In this document: piece after piece, positions 1 through 11,745 of the stretch | Numbering within the stretch: position 1 is the stretch's first letter | Layout: each line of letters starts with the position of its first letter | NCBI GenBank assembly: GCA_028749255.1 | Contig: JAQTYE010000001.1 | Location: forward strand, 1 to 47,440 | Direction of reading: 5' to 3' | DNA from: Paracoccaceae bacterium | GTDB taxonomy: Bacteria; Pseudomonadota; Alphaproteobacteria; Rhodobacterales; Rhodobacteraceae | DNA length: 47,440 nucleotides | Position numbers and translations under genes: made by a program | Notes under the pieces: model-generated | The model's database searches: none | Told to the model about the DNA's origin: nothing | The model's input: only the letters and a program-made list of their open reading frames with translations

Positions 1-346
1 GGCCCGCCGCACGATAAACCTCTTTCGAGCGGCTTTTGTCCATCGCCAGCGCCGAGGCCAGCACACCAGAATGCGTATACGGAATGCGCAGCCATTCCAG
101 CATCCCCTGGACACAGCCATCTTCGCCCCAGCGGCCATGCAAAGCATTGAAAACACAATCGGGTTTCACATCGGCAAGCCGCGCAGGCAGATCGTTGCCC
201 GCGTCAATCTCAACGACTTCGAATCCCGCCACCCGCAGCGCCTCGGCGCATTCGCGCCCAGTGGACAGAGACACCTCGCGTTCCGCAGAGGAGCCACCCA
301 TCAAAACCGCTACACGGTGGGTTGTCCTGCTCGACATACCCGCCAC
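1..346 (-). CDS. ddl: D-alanine--D-alanine ligase, N-terminal part (runs off window start)
   Basis: Not in the ORF track. Manual translation: (M)[29 protein letters not shown]...[40 protein letters not shown], the classic Ddl motifs. GTG at 346 has a GGGAGAGG RBS; alternative ATG at 337. Follows murB. Confidence 0.95.
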   Translation of the reverse strand, partial: MAGMSSRTTHRVAVLMGGSSAEREVSLSTGRECAEALRVAGFEVVEIDAGNDLPARLADVKPDCVFNALHGRWGEDGCVQGMLEWLRIPYTHSGVLASALAMDKSRSKEVYRAAG

Positions 347-383
347 TTTCGCCTCTCCCGGGGTTGGCCCCGTGGAATGTTGC

Positions 384-1328
384 TTATTCGTCTTGTCCGC
401 GCGCGGCGCCAAATTCACCGATGCGCATGATTTCCCACTCTAACGAAATTCCCTGCGTCTGCAAAACCTTTTTGCGCACCAGCTCCCCCAGACCCTCAAG
501 ATCTTGTGCCGTGGCCCCGCCGGTGTTGATCAGGAAGTTGGAATGCATCTCGCTCATCTGCGCGCCGCCCAGCCGCGCGCCGCGCAGACCGGCGTTGTCG
601 ATCACCTTCCAGGCCTTGAGGTCATGCACATCATCCGCCCGCCCCGTCGAGGACGCGCCGGACGGGTTGCGAAAGGTCGATCCCGCAGAACGTTCCCTGG
701 TCGGCTGGCTGGCATCGCGCCGGGCGATCTGATCGGCCATCCGCGCGGCCAGGGCGTCGGGGTCCCCCGCCTCGGCCCGGAAAGTGGCCGAAATCAGCAC
801 CGCGCCTTCGGGCAGATGGCTGGAGCGATAGGCAAAGCCCAGATCTTCGGGTGTCAGGGTGACCTCGGTGCCATCGCGCAAAACCACCTGCGCGGACATC
901 AGATGATCGGCGACATAGCTGCCATAGCACCCCGCATTCATCCGCACCGCGCCACCGATACTGCCCGGGATGGTGCGCAAAAACGTCAGATCCCGCCCGG
1001 CCTCGGCCGCGCGGCGCGCCACATGCGCATCCAGCGCCGCAGCCCCCGCGACAACGGTATCACCCTGCACCGCAATCCCGTTGAACCCGCGGCCAAGCCG
1101 GATCACCACCGCATGCAGCCCGCCATCGCGCACGATCAGATTGGAACCGACCCCCATCGGAAACACCGCCACATCGGCGGGCAGCGCGGCCAGAAACGCC
1201 GCCAGATCGGCCGCATCGGCGGGCTGGAACAGCCAGTCGGCCGGGCCACCAACGCGCAGCCAGGTCAGATCGGCCAGCGGGCGGTTGGGGGTCAGCGGAC
1301 CACGGGGGGTGTAAGACAGGGTGTGCAT
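384..1328 (-). CDS. murB: UDP-N-acetylenolpyruvoylglucosamine reductase
   Basis: [45 protein letters not shown] motifs; dcw context. Confidence 0.97.
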   Translation of the reverse strand: MHTLSYTPRGPLTPNRPLADLTWLRVGGPADWLFQPADAADLAAFLAALPADVAVFPMGVGSNLIVRDGGLHAVVIRLGRGFNGIAVQGDTVVAGAAALDAHVARRAAEAGRDLTFLRTIPGSIGGAVRMNAGCYGSYVADHLMSAQVVLRDGTEVTLTPEDLGFAYRSSHLPEGAVLISATFRAEAGDPDALAARMADQIARRDASQPTRERSAGSTFRNPSGASSTGRADDVHDLKAWKVIDNAGLRGARLGGAQMSEMHSNFLINTGGATAQDLEGLGELVRKKVLQTQGISLEWEIMRIGEFGAARGQDE

Positions 1329-1389
1329 GCGCCACCCTTAGCCAAGCGCGCCGATCCGGGCAAGACCCGGGCACCACCTGTGGCGGGTC

Positions 1390-2238
1390 TTAGCCGTCGG
1401 TCTCGATTTCAACGGTGTAGCGCAGCAGGGTGCGGATGTTCAGGCCCCAGAACCCGCCTTCCAATGGCATCGTTCCCGCCTGATCGGGGGCGGCACACAG
1501 TGCCACATGGCCTTCGCCCACCGCCAGCCCATGCGTCGGGTCATACCCGTACCAGCCCTGCCCGGCGCCTTCTCGGCCCACCCCGTCCTGACCAAGCCAG
1601 ACTTCGGCCCAGGCATGCAAATGGCGCTGGCCATCCACGCTTTCAGCATGCGCCTGATAGCCCGACACAAAACGCGCGGGGATGCCTTGCGACCGGGCGG
1701 CGGCAATGAACAAGACCGCCAGATCGCGGCAGGCACCGCGCGCCGACGCCAGCGTTTCCCGCGGGTCCTGCGCATCGCCCTCCAGCCGGATCTGCCGATC
1801 CGTGCGGGTGAACAATTGCCGGTTCAACAGGTTCAGAAACACCAGCGCATCGCCGCCCGCCTCGGCGGCCAGCCCATCGGCAAAGGCCTGCACCGTGGCG
1901 TCCGGCACCGGGCCGTGCAGATAGATGGCCTGCGCGGGTGTGGCCCCCCAAGGCAAGGGCGGCAGGTCGGCGGGCGGCGGCGCAGGTGGCCGCGTATCCA
2001 ATGAAAAGCGGCTTTCAACGCAAAACCGAGATGTCTCTCCGGTGAAATCAAGCGCAATCAGCGGATTGCCGAACGCGTCGGTCAGATCACGGCGGGCGAC
2101 GGGTTCCGGTGTCACGCGCACCATATGGCTTTGCACCATGCCCGCATCTGCGCGCGGGGTCAGCCGCAGGCGATGCGCGCCAAGCTCAACCGGCGCAGAA
2201 TACTCGTATTGCATCAGGTGCCGCACCGAGAACCGCAT
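1390..2238 (-). CDS. Transglutaminase-like protein (bacterial N-terminal domain plus transglutaminase core)
   Basis: N-terminal VRHLMQYEY..RLTPR and DAFGN; triad motifs GACRDLA (Cys), HLHAWAEV (His), YDPT (Asp); PARFVSGY. Confidence 0.9.
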   Translation of the reverse strand: MRFSVRHLMQYEYSAPVELGAHRLRLTPRADAGMVQSHMVRVTPEPVARRDLTDAFGNPLIALDFTGETSRFCVESRFSLDTRPPAPPPADLPPLPWGATPAQAIYLHGPVPDATVQAFADGLAAEAGGDALVFLNLLNRQLFTRTDRQIRLEGDAQDPRETLASARGACRDLAVLFIAAARSQGIPARFVSGYQAHAESVDGQRHLHAWAEVWLGQDGVGREGAGQGWYGYDPTHGLAVGEGHVALCAAPDQAGTMPLEGGFWGLNIRTLLRYTVEIETDG

Positions 2239-2256
2239 AGCGTCCCCCTTTGCAAC

Positions 2257-2284
2257 AGCTTATCAATGCTGCAGTGCAGCGCAA
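2257..2284 (-). promoter_or_regulatory. Putative sigma70 promoter for the transglutaminase gene, with a CTGC-N3-GCAG palindrome in the spacer
   Basis: Minus strand TTGCGC-N16-TAAGCT; GCTGCAGTGCAGC at 2268-2280. Confidence 0.4.
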
Positions 2285-2301
2285 GGAAATATTAACAGAC
2301 G

Positions 2302-2553
2302 TTACTCCGCATCGCGGCCCAAAGCCCGCAATCGGCGCAGCAAAAAGATCAGCGGCCAGCGCAGCACGCTCATCCCGCCCGCCAGCACCAGCAGGCCCAC
2401 CCAAGGCCCGTTTTGCAACGTCACCCAACCCAGGATCGGCACCCCGGTGACAATCAGCGCCCAGGCCGCGCGCCAATGCCAGCGCACAGGCCCCATCGCA
2501 ATCAACGAGGCGCTCAGCGCCCAAAGACATGCGGCAAGCAGCGACGAACTCAT
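2302..2553 (-). CDS. Small membrane protein, DUF2484-like
   Basis: 83 aa hydrophobic; LLAACLW, GVPILGWV, GPWVG, GMSVLRWP pattern typical of the Rhodobacterales small protein found between murC and murB; ATGA overlap with the upstream gene. Confidence 0.75.
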   Translation of the reverse strand: MSSSLLAACLWALSASLIAMGPVRWHWRAAWALIVTGVPILGWVTLQNGPWVGLLVLAGGMSVLRWPLIFLLRRLRALGRDAE

Positions 2554-3746
2554 AGCAGGCCTCCGGCGGACAGGAATGCGGCGCTCAGCGCGGCGGCCGA
2601 GGCCAACGTGCCGAACACCGGCACGATCATCGGCACCCGGAACGACGCGGCGGGCGTGCGGCGTTTCAGAAAGACAAGTGACAGGTTGACCAGTGTAAAC
2701 ACCGCCAGCAATACCAACGAGGTGGTCTGCGCCAGCGCCGCAACCGGCAGCGCCAGCGCCGCCCCCAGCATCAGCGCCCCGGTGACCAGTGTCGCCCAGA
2801 CCGGCGTGCCCAGCCGCGGATGCGCATGCGCGAAGATCCCCAGCACGGGCGCGCGCTTGCCCAGGCCATAGAGCACCCGCGCCGCCATCACCACCTGCGC
2901 CAACACGCCGTTCAGCGCCGCCGCCACGGCGATCGCGGCCAGCAGCGCCGGGCTGTTGCCCGCGCTCTCCCAGACTAGCGCCAGCGGGCGTTCCGACCCG
3001 GCCAGCGTGGCCACGGGCACAGCGCGCACCGCCGCCGTCGAAACCAGAAGGTAAAGTGCCGTGGTAATCACCAGCGCCGCCAGGATCGAGCGCGGCAAGG
3101 TACGGTTCGGGTCGCGGACCTCTTCGGCCATGTTCACCATATCCTCGAACCCGATGAAGGCGAAAAACGCCAGCGCGGCCGCCCCCGCCACACCCGCCAG
3201 CGGCAAGCTGGGCGGCGTCAGATAATCGGCCACCGGTGGCGCGCTGAAGCCCGCCCAGATCACCAGCGCAAGACCCGCGACCTCGATCAGTGTCAACACA
3301 CTCGCAAAGGCGATGGATTCCAGAACGCCGATCAGCGCCACGGCGATCAGTGCCGCCCCCAGCCCTGCGATCAACAACTGCGGGTCAACCGGCAGCAGCA
3401 GCCCCAGATAGCCCGCGCCGCCACGCAACACCGCCGCCGCCGAAATCACCCCCGACAAAACAATGGCCAGCCCGACCAGCACCGCCAGACGGTGCAGGCC
3501 CAGACCTTCCTCGACATAGGCGACTTCGCCCGCCGCTTCGGGCAGGCGCACCGATAATTCGGCATAAGACAGCGCCGAGGGCGCGGCGATCAGCCCGGCC
3601 AGCACAAAGGCCAGCGGCGCCCAGACCCCCGCCTGCGCGGCCACGGCGCCGACCAGAACGTAAATCCCGGCGCCAACCATGACACCAACGCCATAAGCGG
3701 TCAGCAGAACGGGCCCCAGACGGCGCTTCAGGGTGCCCTCTGCCAT
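2550..3746 (-). CDS. APC-superfamily amino acid permease
   Basis: LKRRLG, GVMVGAGIY, SYAELS..P.AAGE, FFAFIGFED, AEEVRDP.R; about 11-12 TM segments. Start taken as ATG 3746, 1 nt after the murC stop. Confidence 0.9.
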   Translation of the reverse strand: MAEGTLKRRLGPVLLTAYGVGVMVGAGIYVLVGAVAAQAGVWAPLAFVLAGLIAAPSALSYAELSVRLPEAAGEVAYVEEGLGLHRLAVLVGLAIVLSGVISAAAVLRGGAGYLGLLLPVDPQLLIAGLGAALIAVALIGVLESIAFASVLTLIEVAGLALVIWAGFSAPPVADYLTPPSLPLAGVAGAAALAFFAFIGFEDMVNMAEEVRDPNRTLPRSILAALVITTALYLLVSTAAVRAVPVATLAGSERPLALVWESAGNSPALLAAIAVAAALNGVLAQVVMAARVLYGLGKRAPVLGIFAHAHPRLGTPVWATLVTGALMLGAALALPVAALAQTTSLVLLAVFTLVNLSLVFLKRRTPAASFRVPMIVPVFGTLASAAALSAAFLSAGGLL

Positions 3747-3747
3747 T

Positions 3748-5163
3748 TCAGCCCCCCAGTTTGGCGGGCAAGCCATTGGCCCAGGTGGAAATCGTGCCCG
3801 CCCCCAGACACACGACCATATCGCCCGGACGGGCCTGCTCGCGCACCAGACGCGACAGGTCGTCTTCGCTCAGGATCGCGCGGGCGTGGCGGTGACCATG
3901 GGCGATCAGCCCGGCCACCAGATCATCGCGCGAGGCGCCCGGGATCGGCTCTTCGCCGGCGGCATAGACCTCGGCGATGGCGACCACATCGGCCTCGTTG
4001 AAACAGGTGCAGAAATCGTCAAACAGCGAATGCAGACGGGTATAGCGGTGCGGCTGATGCACGGCGATGACCCGGGCACCGGGGGCCACGGCCTGCCGCG
4101 CGGCACGCAAAACGGCGGCGATTTCAACAGGGTGGTGGCCGTAGTCATCAATAATTGTGACGCCGCCCAAAACCTCGCCCACCTTGGTGAAGCGCCGATT
4201 GACGCCGCCGAAGGCCGCCAGCGCGTCCTTGATTTCATCCATCTTCATGCCCAGATGGCGCGCCACGGCAACGGCGGCCAACGCGTTGGACACGTTATGA
4301 TCGCCCGGCATCGGCAGGGTGCAGCCTTCAATCACCGCGCCCTCACCCTCGCCTTGCAACGCGATGTCGAAATGCGCCACGCCCGCCTTGTAGGTCAGGT
4401 TTTGCGCGCGCACATCGGCCTGCGCGTTAAAGCCAAAGGTCACCACGCGGCGGTCGGTGATCTTGCCGACCAGCGATTGCACCTCGGGGTGGTCAGTGCA
4501 GCACACCGCCAACCCGTAAAACGGGATGTTCGACACGAAGTCATAAAACCCTTTGCGCAGGGCGTCGAAACTGCCCCAATGCTCCATATGCTCGGGGTCG
4601 ATATTGGTCACGATCGCGATGGTCGCGGGCAGCCGGTTGAAGCTGCCGTCGCTTTCATCGGCCTCGACCACCATCCATTCGCCCGCCCCCGCCCGCGCGT
4701 TAGAGCCATAGGCATGGATGATGCCGCCGTTGATCACGGTCGGGTCGAAATTGCCCCGGTCCAGCAGCGTCGCGACCATCGTCGTGGTGGTCGTCTTGCC
4801 ATGCGTGCCCGCAATCGCGATGTTCGAGCGCAGCCGCATCAGCTCGGCCAGCATCTCGGCGCGGCGCACCACCGGCAGGCCGCGCAGCCGCGCCTCTTCC
4901 AGCTCGGGGTTGCCCTTCTTGATCGCGGTCGAAACCACGACCACCGCTGCATCGCCGATATTCTCGGCGCGCTGGCCTTCGAACACGGTCGCGCCCAGTT
5001 CGACCAGACGGTCGGTGATCTTGCTGGCCTTGGCATCCGAGCCCTGCACGCGGAACCCCTGGGTCATCAGAACCTCGGCGATGCCCGACATGCCGATGCC
5101 GCCGATGCCGACGAAATGGATCGGACCCAACTCACCGGGCAGTTTTGTGGCGGCAGCACTCAT
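3748..5163 (-). CDS. murC: UDP-N-acetylmuramate--L-alanine ligase
   Basis: [52 protein letters not shown]. Confidence 0.98.
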   Translation of the reverse strand: MSAAATKLPGELGPIHFVGIGGIGMSGIAEVLMTQGFRVQGSDAKASKITDRLVELGATVFEGQRAENIGDAAVVVVSTAIKKGNPELEEARLRGLPVVRRAEMLAELMRLRSNIAIAGTHGKTTTTTMVATLLDRGNFDPTVINGGIIHAYGSNARAGAGEWMVVEADESDGSFNRLPATIAIVTNIDPEHMEHWGSFDALRKGFYDFVSNIPFYGLAVCCTDHPEVQSLVGKITDRRVVTFGFNAQADVRAQNLTYKAGVAHFDIALQGEGEGAVIEGCTLPMPGDHNVSNALAAVAVARHLGMKMDEIKDALAAFGGVNRRFTKVGEVLGGVTIIDDYGHHPVEIAAVLRAARQAVAPGARVIAVHQPHRYTRLHSLFDDFCTCFNEADVVAIAEVYAAGEEPIPGASRDDLVAGLIAHGHRHARAILSEDDLSRLVREQARPGDMVVCLGAGTISTWANGLPAKLGG

Positions 5164-6263
5164 GACGGATTTCCTGCAAGATTTTCAACGATTTCGACCA
5201 GTCGCGCGGTGGCATCCGGCATCCCATAGCCGGTCGCGGCCCGCGCCATTTGCAACGCACCGCCCGGATTGTCCAGCACCAGCGCCACCTGTTCGGCCAG
5301 CGTCGCGGCATCACATTTGCGTTCGGGCAGCATGATCGCGCCGCCCGCATCGACCAGCCCGCGCGCGTTCGCCGTCTGGTGATCGCCGGTCGCGGCGGCA
5401 TAGGGGATCAGGATTGCCGGCCGCCCGATGACCGAAATATCGGCCACCGAACTGGCCCCCGCGCGCGAGATCACAAGCTGGCATTCGCTCAGACGGCGCG
5501 GCACGTCGGCAAAAAATGGCTGCACCTCGGCATCAATCCCGGCGGCGGCATAGGCGGCGATCACGCGTTCCAGATCCTCTTCGCGGGCCTGATGCGCGAC
5601 GCGCAGATGGCGGCGCAGATAGTCGGGCAATTGCGCCAGGGCGGCAGGCACCACATCCGACAAGATCCGCGCGCCCTGGCTGCCGCCGATCACCAGCACG
5701 CTCATCGGGTAGTCGCCCGGGGTGATATAGGCCGCGCCCGCGCGTTCCAGCACCGCGGCGCGGACCGGGTTGCCGGTGTGAACGCCGGTCACCCCCGGCG
5801 GCAGATCGGTGGGCCAGGTGCCGCAGGCAAAGGCCGAGACATGTTTGGCGAAGACCCGGTTGACCTTGCCCATGACGCCGTTTTGTTCGTGAATGGCGGA
5901 CGGAATGCGCAGCACCTGCGCCGCCGCCAGCGCCGGGATCGTCGGATAGCCGCCAAACCCCACCACCGCGCGCGGCCGGTCGCTGAAGCCCGCCATCACT
6001 GCGGCCAGAACACCTCCCGCGATGCGGAACGGCACCGCCAGTTTCGCCAGCGCCCCCCCCCGCGCGAAGGTGGCCGAGGCCACCTGTTCAACCTTGACCA
6101 CATGCGGAAATCCCCCCGCATAGCGCGCGCCCCGCGCATCAGTGGACAGTTTGACCCGCCAGCCACGACGCACCATCGCCTCGGCCAGGGCCTGTGCAGG
6201 GAACATATGCCCGCCGGTGCCGCCTGCAGCGATCAGCAGAAGCGGGGATTTCAGAGTGGCCAT
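5160..6263 (-). CDS. murG: Lipid I N-acetylglucosaminyl transferase
   Basis: [38 protein letters not shown]. Confidence 0.98.
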   Translation of the reverse strand: MATLKSPLLLIAAGGTGGHMFPAQALAEAMVRRGWRVKLSTDARGARYAGGFPHVVKVEQVASATFARGGALAKLAVPFRIAGGVLAAVMAGFSDRPRAVVGFGGYPTIPALAAAQVLRIPSAIHEQNGVMGKVNRVFAKHVSAFACGTWPTDLPPGVTGVHTGNPVRAAVLERAGAAYITPGDYPMSVLVIGGSQGARILSDVVPAALAQLPDYLRRHLRVAHQAREEDLERVIAAYAAAGIDAEVQPFFADVPRRLSECQLVISRAGASSVADISVIGRPAILIPYAAATGDHQTANARGLVDAGGAIMLPERKCDAATLAEQVALVLDNPGGALQMARAATGYGMPDATARLVEIVENLAGNPS

Positions 6264-6275
6264 GGCAGTATCCCC

Positions 6276-7442
6276 TTAGTGAGAGCGGCGCGACAGGATG
6301 TCAGAGATCTGCCCCTGCGGGCGGGTCCGGGTCAGCGCCAGCAACATGCCGACCGCGATGCCCGAGGCGATCACAGACGAGCCGCCATAACTGACGAAAG
6401 GCAGCGTCATGCCCTTGGCGGGCAACAGACGCACGGCCACGCCCATGTTGATCAGCGCCTGCACCCCGAAAGCACAGGCCAGACCGGCCCCGGCCAGACG
6501 GGTGAACGGGTCGCGCTCCCGCATCAGCCGCAACAACGACCGCACGACAATGATCGCGTAAAGCAGGATGATCGCCAGCACCAGAATAAGACCGTATTCC
6601 TCGGCCGCGACAGCGATGATGAAATCGGTATGCGCATCGGGCAGCGACCATTTCACCGTGCCCTCGCCCACGCCAACCCCGAAGAAGCCGCCTTCCTGAA
6701 TGGCGTTGGTGGCATAGCCAATCTGCGTGCGCGGGTCGATGTCTGCCGAAAGGAACCCGTTGATCCGGCGTGCGAAATGCTCGGATGTGTTATAGGCCAG
6801 CATCCCGCCCACGGCGGTCAACCCGGCAATACCCGACAACAAGAACACCGGCGCACCCGCGATGAAATACATCACCATCCACGAAAACAGGATCAACGAG
6901 GCCTGGCCGAAATCGGGTTGCAGCGCCAGCGCCAGCACGATGATCACCGTCAGAATGAAGGAATAGAGCCGCCCCGGGGGCCCGGCCACCTCATGTGCGG
7001 CAGCCATCATCCAGGCCGCCATGATCACGAACCCGGGCTTCAGGAATTCCGACGGCTGCACCGAGGCGAAGCCAAAGCTGAACCACCGCACCGCGCCCTT
7101 GCCGAAATCGGTTCCGAACATCGGCAACAGCATGATCGCCAGAAACGCGCCGGCAAAGCCGATCACACCCAGACGGCGCACCTGCGTTGGCGTCATCATC
7201 GAGATCACACCGGCCACGCCAAGGGCGAGCACCCCGAAAACCGCCTGCCGCTTGACGTAATAGAACGCCTCAAGGCCGTTTTTCTCGGCCAGCGGCACCG
7301 AGGCCGCAAGGCCCAAAAGCATGCCCAGCCCAAAAAGCATCAAGATGGACGAAAGCGCCCATTTGTCGATCGTCCGCCACCAGCGCGGAAGAATCGGTTC
7401 TCCGACCCGCACGGGTGCGGTGCCAAACACCATTTCTGTCAT
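6276..7442 (-). CDS. ftsW: Divisome SEDS glycosyltransferase FtsW
   Basis: GAVRW, QPSEFLK, QPDFG, LPDAHTDFI, KGMTLPFVSYGGSS; directly upstream of murG. Confidence 0.96.
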   Translation of the reverse strand: MTEMVFGTAPVRVGEPILPRWWRTIDKWALSSILMLFGLGMLLGLAASVPLAEKNGLEAFYYVKRQAVFGVLALGVAGVISMMTPTQVRRLGVIGFAGAFLAIMLLPMFGTDFGKGAVRWFSFGFASVQPSEFLKPGFVIMAAWMMAAAHEVAGPPGRLYSFILTVIIVLALALQPDFGQASLILFSWMVMYFIAGAPVFLLSGIAGLTAVGGMLAYNTSEHFARRINGFLSADIDPRTQIGYATNAIQEGGFFGVGVGEGTVKWSLPDAHTDFIIAVAAEEYGLILVLAIILLYAIIVVRSLLRLMRERDPFTRLAGAGLACAFGVQALINMGVAVRLLPAKGMTLPFVSYGGSSVIASGIAVGMLLALTRTRPQGQISDILSRRSH

Positions 7443-7657
7443 GGGCTATACCGCCGTTACTGCCTCGAAACGCCCGTTTTCCGGGTCTGAGGGGAGTCTA
7501 GCCGAAACTCCCCGCGCTGCCTAGGGAAACATAGGCCGAACGGCGGGGTTGTGCAGACGACGCAGGGGCATCCCGCCCGACCGCTTGACCCGGACATTTT
7601 GCGTGACGCCCAAGATTTGCGCTTTTCTTTTTGAATGCGGCCGATATGATTGCCCGT

Positions 7658-7750
7658 ATGACACGGATGATGAACATTTCTTCGATGCGCACCGGGGCCT
7701 TGGCCTCCGGTCTGTCCATCCGTGGTCTGCTGCTTCTTAGCTGCCTCTGA
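7658..7750 (+). CDS. leuA leader peptide MTRMMNISSMRTGALASGLSIRGLLLLSCL
   Basis: Four tandem Leu codons at 7727-7738 plus another Leu just before the stop, about 120 nt upstream of leuA. In-frame ATGs at 7646, 7658, 7667, 7670 and 7685 make the start uncertain. Confidence 0.8.
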   Translation: MTRMMNISSMRTGALASGLSIRGLLLLSCL

Positions 7751-7867
7751 GCGTGCCTGCGGGCGCGACCGCTCGGAGGTGACCAGCGCCCAACCCCACC
7801 CCGACGCCCACGCGATGCTGGCCTTCGGGGCTTGTTGACGCTAAGACCCAATCCAAAGAGACAGACC
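7709..7867 (+). promoter_or_regulatory. Structured leuA leader (translational attenuator)
   Basis: GGTCTGTC 7709-7716 or GGTCTG 7724-7729 can pair with GACAGACC 7860-7867, next to the ATG; TCTTAGC 7735-7741 pairs with GCTAAGA 7840-7846; 10-bp stem 7744-7753/7770-7779. Confidence 0.65.
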
Positions 7868-9439
7868 ATGGCACAGAACATGACCGACCCCCAACGCGTA
7901 TTGATTTTTGACACCACCCTGCGTGACGGCGAACAATCGCCCGGCGCCACGATGACCCATGACGAGAAGCTGGAAATCGCCCAGCTGCTGGACGAAATGG
8001 GCGTCGATATCATCGAGGCGGGCTTCCCGATTGCCTCGGAGGGCGATTTCGAGGCGGTGTCCGACATCGCGAAACGCTCCAAAAACTCGGTGATCTGCGG
8101 GCTGTCGCGCGCCAATTACAAAGATATCGACCGTTGCTGGGAGGCGGTGAAACACGCGGCCCAACCGCGGATTCACACTTTCATCGGCACCTCGCCGCTG
8201 CACCGGGGCATCACCAACCTCGGCCAGGACGACATGATCACCCGCATCGCCGACACCGTGACCCACGCGCGCAACCTGTGCGAAGATGTGCAATGGTCGG
8301 CGATGGACGCGATCCGAACCGAACGCGACTATCTGTGCCGTGTCGTGGAAACCGCGATCAAGGCGGGCGCCACCACGATCAACATCCCCGACACGGTGGG
8401 CTATACCCTGCCCGACGAAAGCGCCGACATCATCCGCATGCTGCTGGAAAAAGTGCCGGGCGCCGATCAGGTGATCTTCGCTACGCATTGCCACAACGAT
8501 CTGGGCATGGCGACCGCCAACAGCCTGGCCGCCGTTTCGGCGGGCGCGCGCCAGATCGAATGCACGATCAACGGTCTGGGGGAACGCGCGGGCAACACCG
8601 CCCTGGAAGAGGTGGTGATGGCAATCAAGGTGCGTCGTGACCTGATGCCCTATACGACCAAGATCGACACCACCAAGATCATGAACCTGTCGCGTCGCGT
8701 CAGCCAGGTCTCGGGTTTTCCGGTGCAGTTCAACAAGGCGATTGTCGGCAAGAACGCGTTCCTGCACGAAAGCGGTATCCATCAGGATGGCGTGCTGAAG
8801 AACGTCGAGACGTTTGAAATCATGCGCCCGGCCGATATCGGTATCACCGAAACCAATATCGCGATGGGCAAGCATTCGGGCCGCGCGGCCCTGCGCACCA
8901 AGTTGGCCGATCTGGGGTTCGAGATGGCCGACAACCAGCTCAACGATGTCTTCGTGCGGTTCAAGGCGCTGGCCGACCGGAAGAAGGAAATCTACGACGA
9001 GGATCTGATCGCGCTGATGGCCGACAGCGCCGCCAACACCGACACCGACTATCTGCAGGTGAAATGGCTGCGCGTGGTTTGCGGCAGCGACGGGCAGGAA
9101 GCCGAGCTGAAGATGGTGGTCGATGGCGTCGAAAAATCGGCGAAATGCAGCGGCGACGGCCCGGTTGATGCCTGCTTCAAGGCGGTCAAGGAAATCTATC
9201 CGACCGAGGCAAAGCTGAAGCTGTATCAGGTGCATGCGGTGACCGAAGGCACCGACGCGCAGGCCACTGTCAGCGTGCGGCTGGAAGAAGCGGGGCGCAT
9301 CGTGACCGGCTCTGCCTCGGACACCGACACGATCCTGGCCAGTGTCAAAGCCTATGTCGGCGCGCTGAACCGGCTGCGCGTGCGCAGCCAGAAAACCGCG
9401 CCCGACGCCGATATGAAATCGGTCAGCTTCAAGCTCTGA
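7868..9439 (+). CDS. leuA: 2-isopropylmalate synthase
   Basis: [46 protein letters not shown] regulatory domain; start ATG 7868 (or 7880). Confidence 0.98.
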   Translation: MAQNMTDPQRVLIFDTTLRDGEQSPGATMTHDEKLEIAQLLDEMGVDIIEAGFPIASEGDFEAVSDIAKRSKNSVICGLSRANYKDIDRCWEAVKHAAQPRIHTFIGTSPLHRGITNLGQDDMITRIADTVTHARNLCEDVQWSAMDAIRTERDYLCRVVETAIKAGATTINIPDTVGYTLPDESADIIRMLLEKVPGADQVIFATHCHNDLGMATANSLAAVSAGARQIECTINGLGERAGNTALEEVVMAIKVRRDLMPYTTKIDTTKIMNLSRRVSQVSGFPVQFNKAIVGKNAFLHESGIHQDGVLKNVETFEIMRPADIGITETNIAMGKHSGRAALRTKLADLGFEMADNQLNDVFVRFKALADRKKEIYDEDLIALMADSAANTDTDYLQVKWLRVVCGSDGQEAELKMVVDGVEKSAKCSGDGPVDACFKAVKEIYPTEAKLKLYQVHAVTEGTDAQATVSVRLEEAGRIVTGSASDTDTILASVKAYVGALNRLRVRSQKTAPDADMKSVSFKL

Positions 9440-9462
9440 GGGCTGCAACAGGCGCAAAATCC

Positions 9463-9491
9463 AGGCCGCCCCACACCGGGGCGGCCTTTTT
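9463..9491 (+). terminator. Intrinsic terminator of leuA
   Basis: AGGCCGCCCC-acacc-GGGGCGGCCT followed by TTTT. Confidence 0.85.
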
Positions 9492-9495
9492 CAAT

Positions 9496-9516
9496 GAGTA
9501 TTTTTGCCAAGAAGAA
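9496..9516. repeat. Partial copy of the intergenic repeat motif GAGTATTT-NN-GCCAAGAAGAA
   Basis: GAGTATTTTTGCCAAGAAGAA; 19/21 identical to 16335-16355. Confidence 0.65.
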
Positions 9517-9566
9517 GCCCGGGGCTTGGAATCCGGGAAAATTTGCACGGATTCGTGAGAAGTTGA

Positions 9567-10814
<1,248 letters not shown>

Positions 10815-10848
10815 GGCGCCCTTTCGGCGCCGCAGCCCGGCTTGGGAG

Positions 10849-11745
10849 ATGCCGTTGGCCCGGGACCGCGACGATCAGGATTATGCAGGACCGCTGCGCC
10901 GCATCGCAATTGCGGCGCTGGCGGTATTGCTGGCGTTGACCTTTCTGGTCTGGCGGATCGACAGCCCGCGGGTGGAACGCTTCCGCGCCGGATTTGTGGA
11001 CCGTTTCGTGCCAACCTTTGATTGGGCCATGGTGCCGGTGACCAAGGTTCTGGACATGGTCGGCGGCTTTCAGTCCTACGCACGGATCTATGAACAAAAT
11101 CAGGAACTTCGCCGCGAGCTGCAGCAGATGAAGGCGTGGAAGGAAGCCGCCGTTCAGCTGGAGCAGCAAAACGCGAAACTGCTGTCTCAAAACAACGTGC
11201 GTCTGGACCCGAAGCTGACGTCTGTTTCGGGGGTGGTTCTGGCTGACAGCGGCTCTCCGTTCCGGCAATCCGTGCTGCTGAACGTGGGCTCGCGCGATGG
11301 CATCGTTGACGGTTGGGCCACGATGGACGGGCTTGGAGTTGTCGGGCGGATCTCGGGGGTGGGGCGATCCACCAGTCGCGTGGTGTTGCTGACCGACAGC
11401 TCGTCGCGGATTCCGGTGATCATTCAGCCGTCCGGCCAACGCGCGATCCTGACTGGCGACAATGCCCCCTTCCCGCTGGTCGATTTTCTGGAAAACCCTG
11501 AACAGGTGCGCCCCGGCGACCGGGTGATTTCGTCGGGCGATGGCGGGGTGTTTCCGGCCGGGTTGCTGGTCGGGCAGATCCAGCAAGGTCAGGACCGGCG
11601 GCTGCGGGTGCGCCTGTCGGCCGATTACGAACGGCTGAATTTCCTGCGTGTGTTGCGCAGCCACCCTGCCGAGCAGCTGCATGATGCCGGACCGCTGATC
11701 CCCCCTGCGGTGGCGCCCACCCCGGAGGGCGGCAACAATGGTTGA
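10849..11745 (+). CDS. mreC: Rod shape-determining protein MreC
   Basis: N-terminal TM, coiled coil, GVVGRI, SRVVLLTD..SRIPV, GDRVISSGDGGVFPAG. Confidence 0.95.
   Translation: MPLARDRDDQDYAGPLRRIAIAALAVLLALTFLVWRIDSPRVERFRAGFVDRFVPTFDWAMVPVTKVLDMVGGFQSYARIYEQNQELRRELQQMKAWKEAAVQLEQQNAKLLSQNNVRLDPKLTSVSGVVLADSGSPFRQSVLLNVGSRDGIVDGWATMDGLGVVGRISGVGRSTSRVVLLTDSSSRIPVIIQPSGQRAILTGDNAPFPLVDFLENPEQVRPGDRVISSGDGGVFPAGLLVGQIQQGQDRRLRVRLSADYERLNFLRVLRSHPAEQLHDAGPLIPPAVAPTPEGGNNG

Noticed and set aside
3733-7490. Long plus-strand ORFs (498 aa and 746 aa) opposite murC, murG and ftsW
   Set aside because: Antisense shadows of GC-rich genes; no recognisable motifs
7841-9457. 538-aa minus-strand ORF opposite leuA (similar cases opposite mrdA, hisS, dnaE, xdhB, BMP, sqr and thyA)
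   Set aside because: Codon-aligned antisense frames caused by high GC3; the sense genes are unambiguous
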